From positions 1-64,000 of IMG/VR virus record IMGVR_UViG_3300009365_003824: a stretch of 64,000 nt of DNA; one strand, written 5' to 3'. Shown here in pieces: positions 36,047-45,397 of this stretch; the first letter of the stretch is position 1; each line of letters begins with the position of its first letter. The notes below the pieces were generated by a model, which saw only the letters and a list, made by a program, of their open reading frames with translations, made no database searches and was not told the DNA's origin. The translations under genes were made by a program, and so were the position numbers. Source of the DNA: a virus.

Positions 36047-39000
36047 TCTCTATCTCTTTCTCTACTCTTTCTTTTAGTAATCTCTTGCGAATTTCTACAC
36101 TTTTATGGTTGAGATGCTCTTTAAGAGAGGTCCACTTTTGAATAGGCAAGCCATCTCCTTCACCCCCGGTGTCTTCTTTGGATCGTTTGGTGATTGGATC
36201 TTCTATTGGAGACAATCCACCCGTTCTACTTCCAGCAGCGCCCCATGCTTGTGCCCCTTTACGTGTAATTTCGCCTCTAATTTTGTCACTATATTTACCA
36301 TTGGGTAAATCTGGGTAGCCTATTGGCAGAGACATTTCCATGAATCCAAGTCGTTTAGATGCAGATTGAAGGATTTGGATTTGTTTTGCCAATCTTGGAT
36401 CTTCAGGATAAGCTGCCAGTAGGGCTGTTGGATTTGTTAAAATGCCTCTCAATTCTGCATTTGATTTTAGCAACTCTCTAGCCCTTGGTGCATTTTCATC
36501 ATTAGCTCTTAGGGATGCAATTACATCACCAACCATTGTTTTCCCTCTTTCTGTCGCAGGCGATCTGGCTGTTGTTGCTCTAGGAGAGGGTTGCGCTGCT
36601 GGCGCTGCGGGTTGACCTTGCGGTGAAACAGCATCAGGAGTTTTTGTTTTTGGTGTAGCACTAACCCCTGCACTTACTGAAGCTATCTTTTCTACAATTG
36701 CTGGGAAATATTTATGAAACTCTTCTTTGGGAACAAAAGCTCGTTCAAATTTACCCATCAACATACCAATCCAATGCTCTTTGCTTTCAACTGAGACCTT
36801 GGTGAGATCGATTTCTTTATTTTCTTTTTTGTTGGTTTCTTGGTCTAAAATGGGCACTACCATCATACCATCATCTGCCATTGCTTCTAATTCATCTATG
36901 GCATCTTGTTGGATTTCTAATTGTTCGCTATCTGGTCCTCTTGTTAAAGGATCAGTTTTCATGGTATCGGGGGTGTATTCTCGTGCGCGAGCTTGAATTT
37001 CGCCTGCCGGAGCGTTTTGCAACACTAATTTTTCATCCCTGATTGTTTGATACAAAGTAGCAACAACACTATCGCCTGATTTCAGTTGAATGCCCTTTTC
37101 TTTTAAATAAGATTTCAATAATGAGGCGGCTTTCCTTTCAGCCTCAGCACCAGATAGTGCTTTACCTTGAAGCGATGGATGTTTTCCACTTTGGATGGCT
37201 TCCAGAATTGTTCTATAAGAAGATTCTACATCGCCCCAATTTTCTTCCATAGTTTTCTTGTCTATTGTTTCCAAAGTTGCTGCTTGACGGGCACCTAAAT
37301 TAGACCCAAACCCTTGGGCACCGTAACGTCCAACGCCTTGGAATCTGTTTTTTCCACGTCTACTATGTCCCATTGTAGACAGGGCATCATCAGACATACC
37401 GCCATCTGCATCATCCTTCTGGGCCAAGTCTCCCAGTTCTGCTCCTGGTTCACCACTGCCACTAGGGTCAGCAGATTTATTTAATGAATCTGCTCCTATG
37501 CCATGTCTTTTTAGACGTGCAATAGATGCTTGGATTCTTTGTTTTAAGACTCCCACTCTAGCAGCTTGTCTTTTGCCGTTTTTGTGTTTCTTTTCATCAA
37601 GAACATAAACCTCTCGTCCAGCCGCAGCACTGGCTTTATCATCTATCTTCAGTGGAATATTGACTTCCTGATGAGCAGATAAAATCAAACCCATAACAGC
37701 ATTTTGCACTAAGGATTCGCCATAAGTGTTTATGATTCCACGATCTGCATCGCCAGACTTGGCCAGAATACTTTGCACGGCACCCCATGCCATTCTAGTG
37801 TATTCTTTGTATATTTCTGCCCAAACATCTTCGCCTATTGCTCTTTTGATTCTTTCTTCATCTTGTTTTTTATTTAGTGCGTAATCAGTTGAGGAGTTAT
37901 TGATACCACCAGTTACCCATATTGCTTGCAACTGTGTTTGACTTGGAGTTCCATAGTGTTGCACCAAATCAGGCAAAGCAATCCTGTTATCTCTGAGAGT
38001 TTGCTGATCTTCATCATGCAAAAGAGGTATACTTCTTGTGAATTGATCGATGTCTTCTCGCGGCCTTCCATTCCCAGGATATGCTTTGTAATTTATACCA
38101 AACCCTGCTTCTCCACCGAAAGCTCTAGGATTGGTTGCTCTGCATAAATTCATTATGCTGATTTTGCCCTGGAACGCTTCAGTGCCAGCCTTATCAATTA
38201 AATCATCAAGCAATACAATCCACTTATCTGATAATCTTAATTCTTCTTTACACGCACGTATGAACTTTTTAAGGTTTTCCTCATTTCTGGGTTGCCAATC
38301 TACATCTCTTTCTAAATTAGCATCAACAGGAATAGGCTCTATTGCCAAATCTCTAGCAGTATGATCTACTAAAGGCATTTTTCTCAATTGACCTATTTTT
38401 CCTTTAACGTCTAATTTATTGAATTGCCTAAGAATGAAATCATCTTTCTTTACTTTAATTGGTGGCTCGTGTCTTTTTAATTCATCGTTCCATTTTGCAA
38501 AAATGGTTCCTGGTAACAGCACTGGAATATAATAAGCCCCATTTGGAACCTGTCTTACTTCGCCACTTCTTTCATCAGCTATCTGGTATCCTGGTAGAGC
38601 GATCTTGATACAAGGCAGCTTATACTTTAAGGCTTTGCCTCCTGCCCACGGTCCACCTGCGGGCGGTTTGCCTGTTGGGTTTTTTCCAATACTTCCATCA
38701 ACCTGAACATTATCAACCCATTTAATAGGGTAACTTTTCCCATCTGGTGCTGTCCATTCATCAGGAACGTCTCCCTCAGCGAGTCTAAGTTCGTTCACCT
38801 TAGTCCATGCGCGAAGGTTTCTTCTAATTGCCTCTAATTGGGCTGTCTTGAAGCTCCTATTAAATACACTTGGGGGATCTCTAGCGACAATTGGCTCACC
38901 AGCAGTTGCACGGCCTTGTTGCACTTCTTCATCATCAGCTACATATATTGCTTCTAGTGGCTCTGTGAGATCGTAATCGTGGAGGCCATAACCTTGTCGT

Positions 39001-39500
39001 AAATACTGATCCCACTTATCCTTGTTTTCTCTCAGCCATTCAGGATCGATTTTCTTTTGTAAGTCTATCCACAAATCCTTGAGTCCAGTTCGGATGTTTG
39101 GAAAAGTGTAAGTGTGAGTGTGTTCTTCTTTTGGTTGTGTTGCCCACTTTTTAATAATGACATCTTCTCTGTCAGGATATTGAAAATCCTTAACCTCAGA
39201 GGTTCTGGTGTAGTCCTTTGACATATCTGGCCCAACATCGCCTTCACTACCATACTTGGCTCTAAGCATATCTTCACCACCTTGGTTCTCCCATGCTTGG
39301 GCCACTTTCAATAAACCAGAAGAATATCTCCACCACATAGCCATCATCCAACATTCGGATGGAAATTGTTGTAAATATTCCAGATCCTTTTTGTTGAACA
39401 CGATGGGAATTTTATAGTTATTTCCTTGATACATGGCCATTTCAAGGAAAACTTGGTTCTTTTTATCATTATTCAAGTAATCAGCAAACGTCAATCCCAT
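36030..39500 (-). CDS. 1156-aa putative internal virion protein with a sigma-like segment
   Basis: MGLTFADYL...FLEMA start; central ESLVQNAVMGL...SLNK...ELGD. Confidence 0.6.
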   Translation of the reverse strand: MGLTFADYLNNDKKNQVFLEMAMYQGNNYKIPIVFNKKDLEYLQQFPSECWMMAMWWRYSSGLLKVAQAWENQGGEDMLRAKYGSEGDVGPDMSKDYTRTSEVKDFQYPDREDVIIKKWATQPKEEHTHTYTFPNIRTGLKDLWIDLQKKIDPEWLRENKDKWDQYLRQGYGLHDYDLTEPLEAIYVADDEEVQQGRATAGEPIVARDPPSVFNRSFKTAQLEAIRRNLRAWTKVNELRLAEGDVPDEWTAPDGKSYPIKWVDNVQVDGSIGKNPTGKPPAGGPWAGGKALKYKLPCIKIALPGYQIADERSGEVRQVPNGAYYIPVLLPGTIFAKWNDELKRHEPPIKVKKDDFILRQFNKLDVKGKIGQLRKMPLVDHTARDLAIEPIPVDANLERDVDWQPRNEENLKKFIRACKEELRLSDKWIVLLDDLIDKAGTEAFQGKISIMNLCRATNPRAFGGEAGFGINYKAYPGNGRPREDIDQFTRSIPLLHDEDQQTLRDNRIALPDLVQHYGTPSQTQLQAIWVTGGINNSSTDYALNKKQDEERIKRAIGEDVWAEIYKEYTRMAWGAVQSILAKSGDADRGIINTYGESLVQNAVMGLILSAHQEVNIPLKIDDKASAAAGREVYVLDEKKHKNGKRQAARVGVLKQRIQASIARLKRHGIGADSLNKSADPSGSGEPGAELGDLAQKDDADGGMSDDALSTMGHSRRGKNRFQGVGRYGAQGFGSNLGARQAATLETIDKKTMEENWGDVESSYRTILEAIQSGKHPSLQGKALSGAEAERKAASLLKSYLKEKGIQLKSGDSVVATLYQTIRDEKLVLQNAPAGEIQARAREYTPDTMKTDPLTRGPDSEQLEIQQDAIDELEAMADDGMMVVPILDQETNKKENKEIDLTKVSVESKEHWIGMLMGKFERAFVPKEEFHKYFPAIVEKIASVSAGVSATPKTKTPDAVSPQGQPAAPAAQPSPRATTARSPATERGKTMVGDVIASLRANDENAPRARELLKSNAELRGILTNPTALLAAYPEDPRLAKQIQILQSASKRLGFMEMSLPIGYPDLPNGKYSDKIRGEITRKGAQAWGAAGSRTGGLSPIEDPITKRSKEDTGGEGDGLPIQKWTSLKEHLNHKSVEIRKRLLKERVEKEIENAKSI

Positions 39501-39545
39501 GATGCACCTATTTTAATAAACACTCAACCTATATATACAGTTACT

Positions 39546-40430
39546 ATGGCAAATACAATTTTACTTAACACTCCATCACGCGATGCCCAAGGCAGAGCGT
39601 GCAGCAATTCTTGTAGTGGAGAACTCGGTCCTACCGATCCTCTGAACAAGAGCAAACTTGGTCCTCGTAAAGAACGAGAAAAAGTCAGAGAACAAATCAA
39701 AGACTTTGTATTATTAATGCTTGGTGCGCCCGTAATTGATGTAGAATTAGATGTTCAAAATTTAGATTTAGCTGTCGATCAGGCTCTAAAAATATTTGAG
39801 GAATATGCTCCTCGTGAATATTTCGATTATTATGTCTTTGCTACAACACCCGGTAAAAGTGTATATGAGATGCCCCCGGATGTGGGTTTGATAAGAAATG
39901 TTTTTTATAAAAAACATGGTAATTTCGCCTTCCAAGCATCGGATTTAGATGGTGCCATCCCGGTTGAATATTTCTATCCTGGTGGAGCTTATGCTAGTAT
40001 CCAAGGTGGTCTTATTGACCCAATTCAGCCCATTTGGGGACGTATGGGTGAGTGGGCACTGTATAAACAATATGAAATGATGTATTCTAGGCTTAGTTCC
40101 AACATCGGTGGATGGGAGTGGGTAGGAGGATTTCAACATGTTAAATTGTATCCTGCCCCAGTAGGAAACCAAAAAGTAATTGTTCACTACCTCCAAAAAC
40201 ACAAAGACTGGAACGAAGTTACTGAGTCCATGCAAGACGGAGCTTTGGCTTACGCCAAGCAAATGTTAGGCAGAATTAGAGGGAAGTTTTCTCAAATTGC
40301 TGGCCCAGGTGGCGGCGGAATGGCCACTGATGGAGAGCGGCTTTTGACAGAAGGCTTGGAAGAACTCAAAGAATGGAGAGAAAATCTCATAACTAGATAC
40401 GGTGACATTCTTCCAATCACTTTGGATTAA
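39546..40430 (+). CDS. neck/head-tail adaptor (gp13-like)
   Basis: LMLGAPVIDVEL...DQAL, ALAYAKQMLGRIRGKF..I.GPGG....G..L..EG. Confidence 0.9.
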   Translation: MANTILLNTPSRDAQGRACSNSCSGELGPTDPLNKSKLGPRKEREKVREQIKDFVLLMLGAPVIDVELDVQNLDLAVDQALKIFEEYAPREYFDYYVFATTPGKSVYEMPPDVGLIRNVFYKKHGNFAFQASDLDGAIPVEYFYPGGAYASIQGGLIDPIQPIWGRMGEWALYKQYEMMYSRLSSNIGGWEWVGGFQHVKLYPAPVGNQKVIVHYLQKHKDWNEVTESMQDGALAYAKQMLGRIRGKFSQIAGPGGGGMATDGERLLTEGLEELKEWRENLITRYGDILPITLD

Positions 40431-40434
40431 AATT

Positions 40435-40908
40435 ATGAAGACATTTAAAGACTGGACATTTGATGCGTTGCTCAATGAAGAAACTCATACCACAAGGTAT
40501 AGTGTAGAAATCAATTATAGGAGCAATCTTAAGGAGGTCATGGAAGGCTTCGCTAAGATTGCTCTCGGTTTTGTAAGCGCATCTCTTAAAGCACAAGATT
40601 ACCACGTCAAGCAGGTTTTTGATGAAAAACCTCTGAGAATTCTATGTTGTCGTAGGAATTGGGACGATGGCGAGTGGGTTGGACTGGTCTCTTGGAACCC
40701 AGAACACAAGTGCTTTGTAGTATCTAAAGGGTTTTATAATAAGGATAGAAATACTGTCTCCGTTCAAAAAAGCCACCAAAGCGATGGCAAGTCAGCACAG
40801 GCAGTTGCCAGAGAAATAATAAATTTCATGCACGATCTGAAAGACAAGCCTGATAGACACCATCCTAAATTAAAGCCAGTCCCCCTCAAAAGAGGACCAA
40901 AACACTAA
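40435..40908 (+). CDS. capsid-targeting-like N-terminus protein
   Basis: MKTFKDW...LLNEE. Confidence 0.7.
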   Translation: MKTFKDWTFDALLNEETHTTRYSVEINYRSNLKEVMEGFAKIALGFVSASLKAQDYHVKQVFDEKPLRILCCRRNWDDGEWVGLVSWNPEHKCFVVSKGFYNKDRNTVSVQKSHQSDGKSAQAVAREIINFMHDLKDKPDRHHPKLKPVPLKRGPKH

Positions 40909-41393
40909 TGGCTGAACAGTATCACCGTATAGGCGCAGATGGAGGGTGTCGTTTCGGAAATCGAGGCGCTGGGATTCTGTTCACAGATGGCAAGAAGGTT
41001 TTATTACTTAAACGTGCGGCCCCTGGCGATCACCCAAATACATGGGGTCAACCCGGAGGTAAAGTAGAAAAAGGTGAAACCTATATTGATGCCGCTATTC
41101 GAGAAGCCAAAGAAGAATGCGGTAAGGTGAAAGGCCATCGTATAGCCCAATTTGAAGAAAAAGATGGACTACACAGATGGATGACCTATATTTATGTGGT
41201 AGAAAAACCATTTGAGTGTGAACTCAGCGATGAGCATAAAATGTGGAAATGGTATGATTTAGACAGGCTCGATAATGTAAACCTTCATCCTAAGTTCAAA
41301 GAGAACATGGATGATTACATTAGGTTAATTAGAAAGAAGCTCAATCTTCTCAAGCCGTTTCGGGAGTGGATCGTTCATCGAGAAAAGTTTTAA
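40908..41393 (+). CDS. NUDIX hydrolase
   Basis: Nudix box GGKVEKGETYIDAAIREAKEECG; LSDEH; LHP. Confidence 0.92.
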   Translation: MAEQYHRIGADGGCRFGNRGAGILFTDGKKVLLLKRAAPGDHPNTWGQPGGKVEKGETYIDAAIREAKEECGKVKGHRIAQFEEKDGLHRWMTYIYVVEKPFECELSDEHKMWKWYDLDRLDNVNLHPKFKENMDDYIRLIRKKLNLLKPFREWIVHREKF

Positions 41394-41667
41394 TATTCTC
41401 AATTACGGCCTGTCTGACGCCTTTCATTTGTCCTATTTCTTCAAGATCAAGTGGCCCACTTTCTACAAATCTCTTGGCCAGTTTAGGACCAATACCTTTT
41501 ATTTCTAGCCACTCTTCTTCGGTAAGTTCTATGGAACTTTGTGCAGGTTCCACATCGTCATCGTCATCTACAACATCTTCGCCTGATGCCCACTTTCTAA
41601 ACTCCTCTGCTTCTTCAAGAAAAGTAGGAGCTTGTTTTCGCCATTCGTTCCAGGTTTTAAGTGCCAT
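41350..41667 (-). CDS. helix-hairpin-helix DNA-binding protein with capsid-targeting-like N-terminus
   Basis: MALKTWNEW; IKGIGPKLA, MKGV. Confidence 0.75.
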   Translation of the reverse strand: MALKTWNEWRKQAPTFLEEAEEFRKWASGEDVVDDDDDVEPAQSSIELTEEEWLEIKGIGPKLAKRFVESGPLDLEEIGQMKGVRQAVIENIKTFLDERSTPETA

Positions 41668-42217
41668 TTAATTCTCCTAACAGGGGTTGCAAGTCTTCCC
41701 AAACCTTCTTTTTTTCCTTGGGATTCCTAAGTAAATACGCAGGATGATAAGTGCAAAGCACTTTCATCCCATTGTATTCATACCAACGACCACGCATCTT
41801 ACCTATAGGAGTATCCGTTCCTAATAAGTTCTGCGCAGCCGTCGCTCCCAGACATACTATATATCTAGGTCTTATGACTTTTAATTGTAGATCCAAGTAG
41901 GGGCGGCAATTCTCTGCCTCTTCTGCTTCTGGATTTCTATTGCTGGGTGGCCTGCATTTCACGATGTTGCAGATGTAAACACTCTCTCTTTCCAACCCAC
42001 AAGCCGACAATATACTGTTCAATAATTCCCCTGCACGACCTACAAATGGCACCCCTTGTTCGTCTTCATTTTTACCTGGACCTTCACCAATCAAGACGAT
42101 TTTGGAATTGGGATCGCCATCTCCAAATACTGTTTGTGTTCTATCTACAAGTTTGGGACACTTCTGGCATTCTGCCACTTTTCCAGCCAGGGTTTGCAAC
42201 ATGTCTTGTTTGTTCAT
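41657..42217 (-). CDS. family 4 uracil-DNA glycosylase
   Basis: CQKC, GEGPG..ED..G.PFVGRAG, NIVKCRPP.NR, TYHPAYLLR. Confidence 0.95.
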   Translation of the reverse strand: MNKQDMLQTLAGKVAECQKCPKLVDRTQTVFGDGDPNSKIVLIGEGPGKNEDEQGVPFVGRAGELLNSILSACGLERESVYICNIVKCRPPSNRNPEAEEAENCRPYLDLQLKVIRPRYIVCLGATAAQNLLGTDTPIGKMRGRWYEYNGMKVLCTYHPAYLLRNPKEKKKVWEDLQPLLGELNGT

Positions 42218-42486
42218 ATTTCATATTCCGGTCTGTATTCGCTTCTATCCTCTTGGTAGATATAACCCCACATTAAATCCAGATACCAATTTCGCTCTGG
42301 ATCAATTAACGCACACGCCGGGTGTTTGCCTGGATAATGAAAGTTTTTAAGACCAAACTCCTCAAGGAGCCAAGTGCCAAACTGTTTTTTTGCCTTACCC
42401 ACAGGTGTTTGTTTCCACTCGATTATGGAGCCGTCTTTCTGTCTTTCTGTTCTAATCTCGTCAAACATGTTAATATCATAAACCAA
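42214..42486 (-). CDS. hypothetical protein
   Basis: About 90 aa, ATGA overlap with UDG. Confidence 0.6.
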   Translation of the reverse strand: MVYDINMFDEIRTERQKDGSIIEWKQTPVGKAKKQFGTWLLEEFGLKNFHYPGKHPACALIDPERNWYLDLMWGYIYQEDRSEYRPEYEI

Positions 42487-42534
42487 TTAATTATGAATTA
42501 CAAGACTAAATAATAGTAAATTCAAGGATGTGAA

Positions 42535-43458
42535 ATGGCACAAAAAAGCAACCCTAATCCAAAGAAACCAGTCGTTGAAAAAGAAATCAGCGAGAAGGAA
42601 ATCATCTTAGATGCCGTCCTACACAGTGCTTCCGAAGGTATTGTAATTGCCGATCAAGATGGCAAATTTATTTTATGGAATGATGCTGCTAGAGAAATCG
42701 TTGGAATGGGTTCCCAAGATGTAGATCCAGATAAATACCCAGCAATATATGGCACTTACAAAGATGAAGAATGCACCAATCTATTCAAAGCGGAAGAGTT
42801 GCCATTATTTCGGGCTATTCGAGGCGATGTATTCACCAATGTTGAAATGTTTCTAAAAAACGACCATGTTGACTTTCGTTGCATTCTGTTGAGTGGTCGC
42901 CCATATTTTGGCAAAAATGGAAAAAGAGGCGGCGTTTTAATGTTCAGAGACGTTACAGATGTATGTAAGGCTAAACAAATTGAACAATATTACAAGAAGT
43001 TTTACCATTCTGTTCCTATATCGTTTTTTACTACTTCAATAAAAGACGGAACATTTATCCGAGCCAATCCTTACTGTGTTCGTATGTTGGGATTTGAAAC
43101 ATTTGAAGAGATGGCCAGGAGGATAAAGTCCACAGATTTATATGTCGATCTTGATGATCGCAAAGTGCTGATTGAAGAGCTTCTAAATAACCATAAAGTG
43201 ACGGCTCATCCAGTGCATATTAAGTTGTTAAATGGAGAAGAAAGGTGGGTCGAAGTAACAGCCAGCCTTTGCAGGTGTGGTAAATTCCCTATGTGTGATA
43301 AAGGATGCGGTGCGTGTTTTGAGGGTTTGTTGTTTGATATTACCAAAAAGAAAAAAATGGAAGATGAGTTGTCGCAATTAAGAGAAGCTCGTGTGCGAGC
43401 TATGAAAGATATTAATTTAGCCATTGAAGAAAAATTAAAAACTTACCAAGGCAAATAA
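42535..43458 (+). CDS. tandem PAS-PAS protein without output domain
   Basis: EGIVIAD.DG.FILWN.AA, FRDVT; DGTFIRANP...MLGF, NGEERWV, FDITKKK..E. Confidence 0.85.
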   Translation: MAQKSNPNPKKPVVEKEISEKEIILDAVLHSASEGIVIADQDGKFILWNDAAREIVGMGSQDVDPDKYPAIYGTYKDEECTNLFKAEELPLFRAIRGDVFTNVEMFLKNDHVDFRCILLSGRPYFGKNGKRGGVLMFRDVTDVCKAKQIEQYYKKFYHSVPISFFTTSIKDGTFIRANPYCVRMLGFETFEEMARRIKSTDLYVDLDDRKVLIEELLNNHKVTAHPVHIKLLNGEERWVEVTASLCRCGKFPMCDKGCGACFEGLLFDITKKKKMEDELSQLREARVRAMKDINLAIEEKLKTYQGK

Positions 43459-44298
43459 ATGCTACACATTTTCCCAAATAATGCCAGGTTAAAGAATGGC
43501 AAAATAGCAGTGGTGTTTCATGGAATAGTGGGGGGATTAACAGACAGAAATGGTTTGGGAGAACTTATAGATGTCGAAATTTGTGCCAAAACATTCAAAC
43601 ATAATGTGCTATCGCATTACGATTGTGATATTTTTGCTCATTCTTGGACGATAGAAGCCAAAGATAAAATAAATGAAATTTACCGACCCACAGCTTCCCT
43701 TTTTCAGCCTCAAGAGTTCTTTGGTTTGAACAAAAACAACAACGACAAAGGGGTGGGAACTCTTCGATTTAGAACCATTAGCAGGTATGAAAGTTTACGT
43801 CGGGCCATGAAGTTAAAACAGGACCACGAGAAAAAACACAACTTTAAATATCAACTGGTTTTAATGGTAAGATACGATCTTGTGTTTTTTAAAAGGGTTT
43901 ATTTAGAAAGATTTCTTCCTAGTAGGTTTTACATCTGTGGAGAACCGTATTGGTATGATAATCCTGGTTATACACCTCGGAAAATTAACCCAAATAGACG
44001 AAACATCTGTCTCCACGATATTATTTTTGTATCTGGGTCAAAAAATGCAGATCGATTTGTCACAATGGTAGATGATATAGATTCAAAATATACACCAAAC
44101 CCCCACAGAATGCTATTTTATAAATTGCACGATATGTTTCCCAATTACCCAGATGCAGTTCATATAGGCTTTGATAGGTATATAGACATGGAAATTTATC
44201 GCATGGTTATGAATCCATCACAGAGCAAGCATGGATTTAAATTTGGCGGGAATGAAACCAAACAGAGATTGGAAGAACTGCTAAAGGAAATTAAATAA
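43459..44298 (+). CDS. putative glycan-modifying protein
   Basis: KIAVVFHG, DIFAHSW, VRYDL; first gene of the sugar cluster. Confidence 0.5.
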   Translation: MLHIFPNNARLKNGKIAVVFHGIVGGLTDRNGLGELIDVEICAKTFKHNVLSHYDCDIFAHSWTIEAKDKINEIYRPTASLFQPQEFFGLNKNNNDKGVGTLRFRTISRYESLRRAMKLKQDHEKKHNFKYQLVLMVRYDLVFFKRVYLERFLPSRFYICGEPYWYDNPGYTPRKINPNRRNICLHDIIFVSGSKNADRFVTMVDDIDSKYTPNPHRMLFYKLHDMFPNYPDAVHIGFDRYIDMEIYRMVMNPSQSKHGFKFGGNETKQRLEELLKEIK

Positions 44299-45056
44299 TG
44301 AGGATAGAAATTGATTTTTTGGCATCCTTAGCACGATTTACCGAAGCTAAGACCATAGTTGAAGTGGGCGTCATGCATGGAGATGTGGCCGTTCATCTTT
44401 GCAAGGCCGCAAACCAAAATAATGGAAAATATTGCGGATTTGATGTCTGGCACAGGCATGGGTTAAAGTCACAATTCAAACAACTGGGTAGCAAAGAAGC
44501 TGTTAATAAAAGGTTGCTTCAAACAGGGTGTAAAGGCTTCACTTTAACAAAAATAGATACATTGAAAAATAGGAATGTATTTATCGATCACTTGAAACAA
44601 CAGTGTCCAAATGGAATTGATTTTGCATTCATAGATGCTTGTCATTCGTATTATGGTATAGCAAATGATTTTTTCGCAGTATATCCATTGTTGACACCCG
44701 CAGGTGTAGTTGCCTTTCACGATACTGCCAAAATAGATGGTTGTAGGGAGTTTGTCTTAGATTTAAGAACTAAATACAACGACGGAACCTTTGATGTTTC
44801 AGACTACCCATTTGGTTTGGGTAATCGTAGGTGTGGAGTCTCTATCCTGACTAAAAGATCGTATCCTGTATTAGATTTGGGCATTGATGAAGTCTGTGGT
44901 AGTGTCTCGTCCGCTGAAGAAATAGAGGCCAGAGAAATATCTTGGCATCAGCAAGAAATTAAAGATAAGCCCATTATGCCGACTAAATATGATGGTCAAA
45001 TGTTGCTTGATAAAATAGGCACATATAAACGAAGAAAATTAGGGGCGACAAAATGA
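44298..45056 (+). CDS. class I SAM methyltransferase (Methyltransf_24-like)
   Basis: VEVGV..G, GFD, IDFAFIDACHSY, GVVAFHD. Confidence 0.88.
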   Translation: MRIEIDFLASLARFTEAKTIVEVGVMHGDVAVHLCKAANQNNGKYCGFDVWHRHGLKSQFKQLGSKEAVNKRLLQTGCKGFTLTKIDTLKNRNVFIDHLKQQCPNGIDFAFIDACHSYYGIANDFFAVYPLLTPAGVVAFHDTAKIDGCREFVLDLRTKYNDGTFDVSDYPFGLGNRRCGVSILTKRSYPVLDLGIDEVCGSVSSAEEIEAREISWHQQEIKDKPIMPTKYDGQMLLDKIGTYKRRKLGATK

Positions 45057-45397
45057 TAAGTCACACTGATAAACCTTGGGGATACGAAGAGCTTTTAGAG
45101 CACAATGATCACTATGTCCTCAAAAGAATTTTTATGAAAGAGGGCCACTGTTGCAGTTTGCAGTATCACAAGGAAAAACATGAAACGATATATATTGTAT
45201 CAGGAGAAATGAAGTTTGTTCATGGAGATGCTGAGGATGCATTGCAAACTGATGTTTTAGTCGAAGGTCAATTTCGTGCGGTGCCACCCAACAAAATACA
45301 CAGGATGTGCGGAAAAACGGATTGTCTTTATTTGGAGGCATCCACCCCGCAATTAGAAGATTTAGTTAGGGTAGAGGATTTTTACAATAGAAAATGA
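45053..45397 (+). CDS. cupin (mannose-6-phosphate isomerase type II C-terminal-like)
   Basis: KPWGYE, SLQYH..KHET, HRM, EASTPQLEDLVR.ED. Confidence 0.88.
   Translation: MISHTDKPWGYEELLEHNDHYVLKRIFMKEGHCCSLQYHKEKHETIYIVSGEMKFVHGDAEDALQTDVLVEGQFRAVPPNKIHRMCGKTDCLYLEASTPQLEDLVRVEDFYNRK

Noticed and set aside
39426-39545. Upstream start extensions in the ORF track (39426, 13975, 10845, 24820, 35080, 35138, 54537, 60058, 60539)
   Set aside because: They overlap neighbouring genes or promoters; downstream ATGs fit SD or promoter spacing better.
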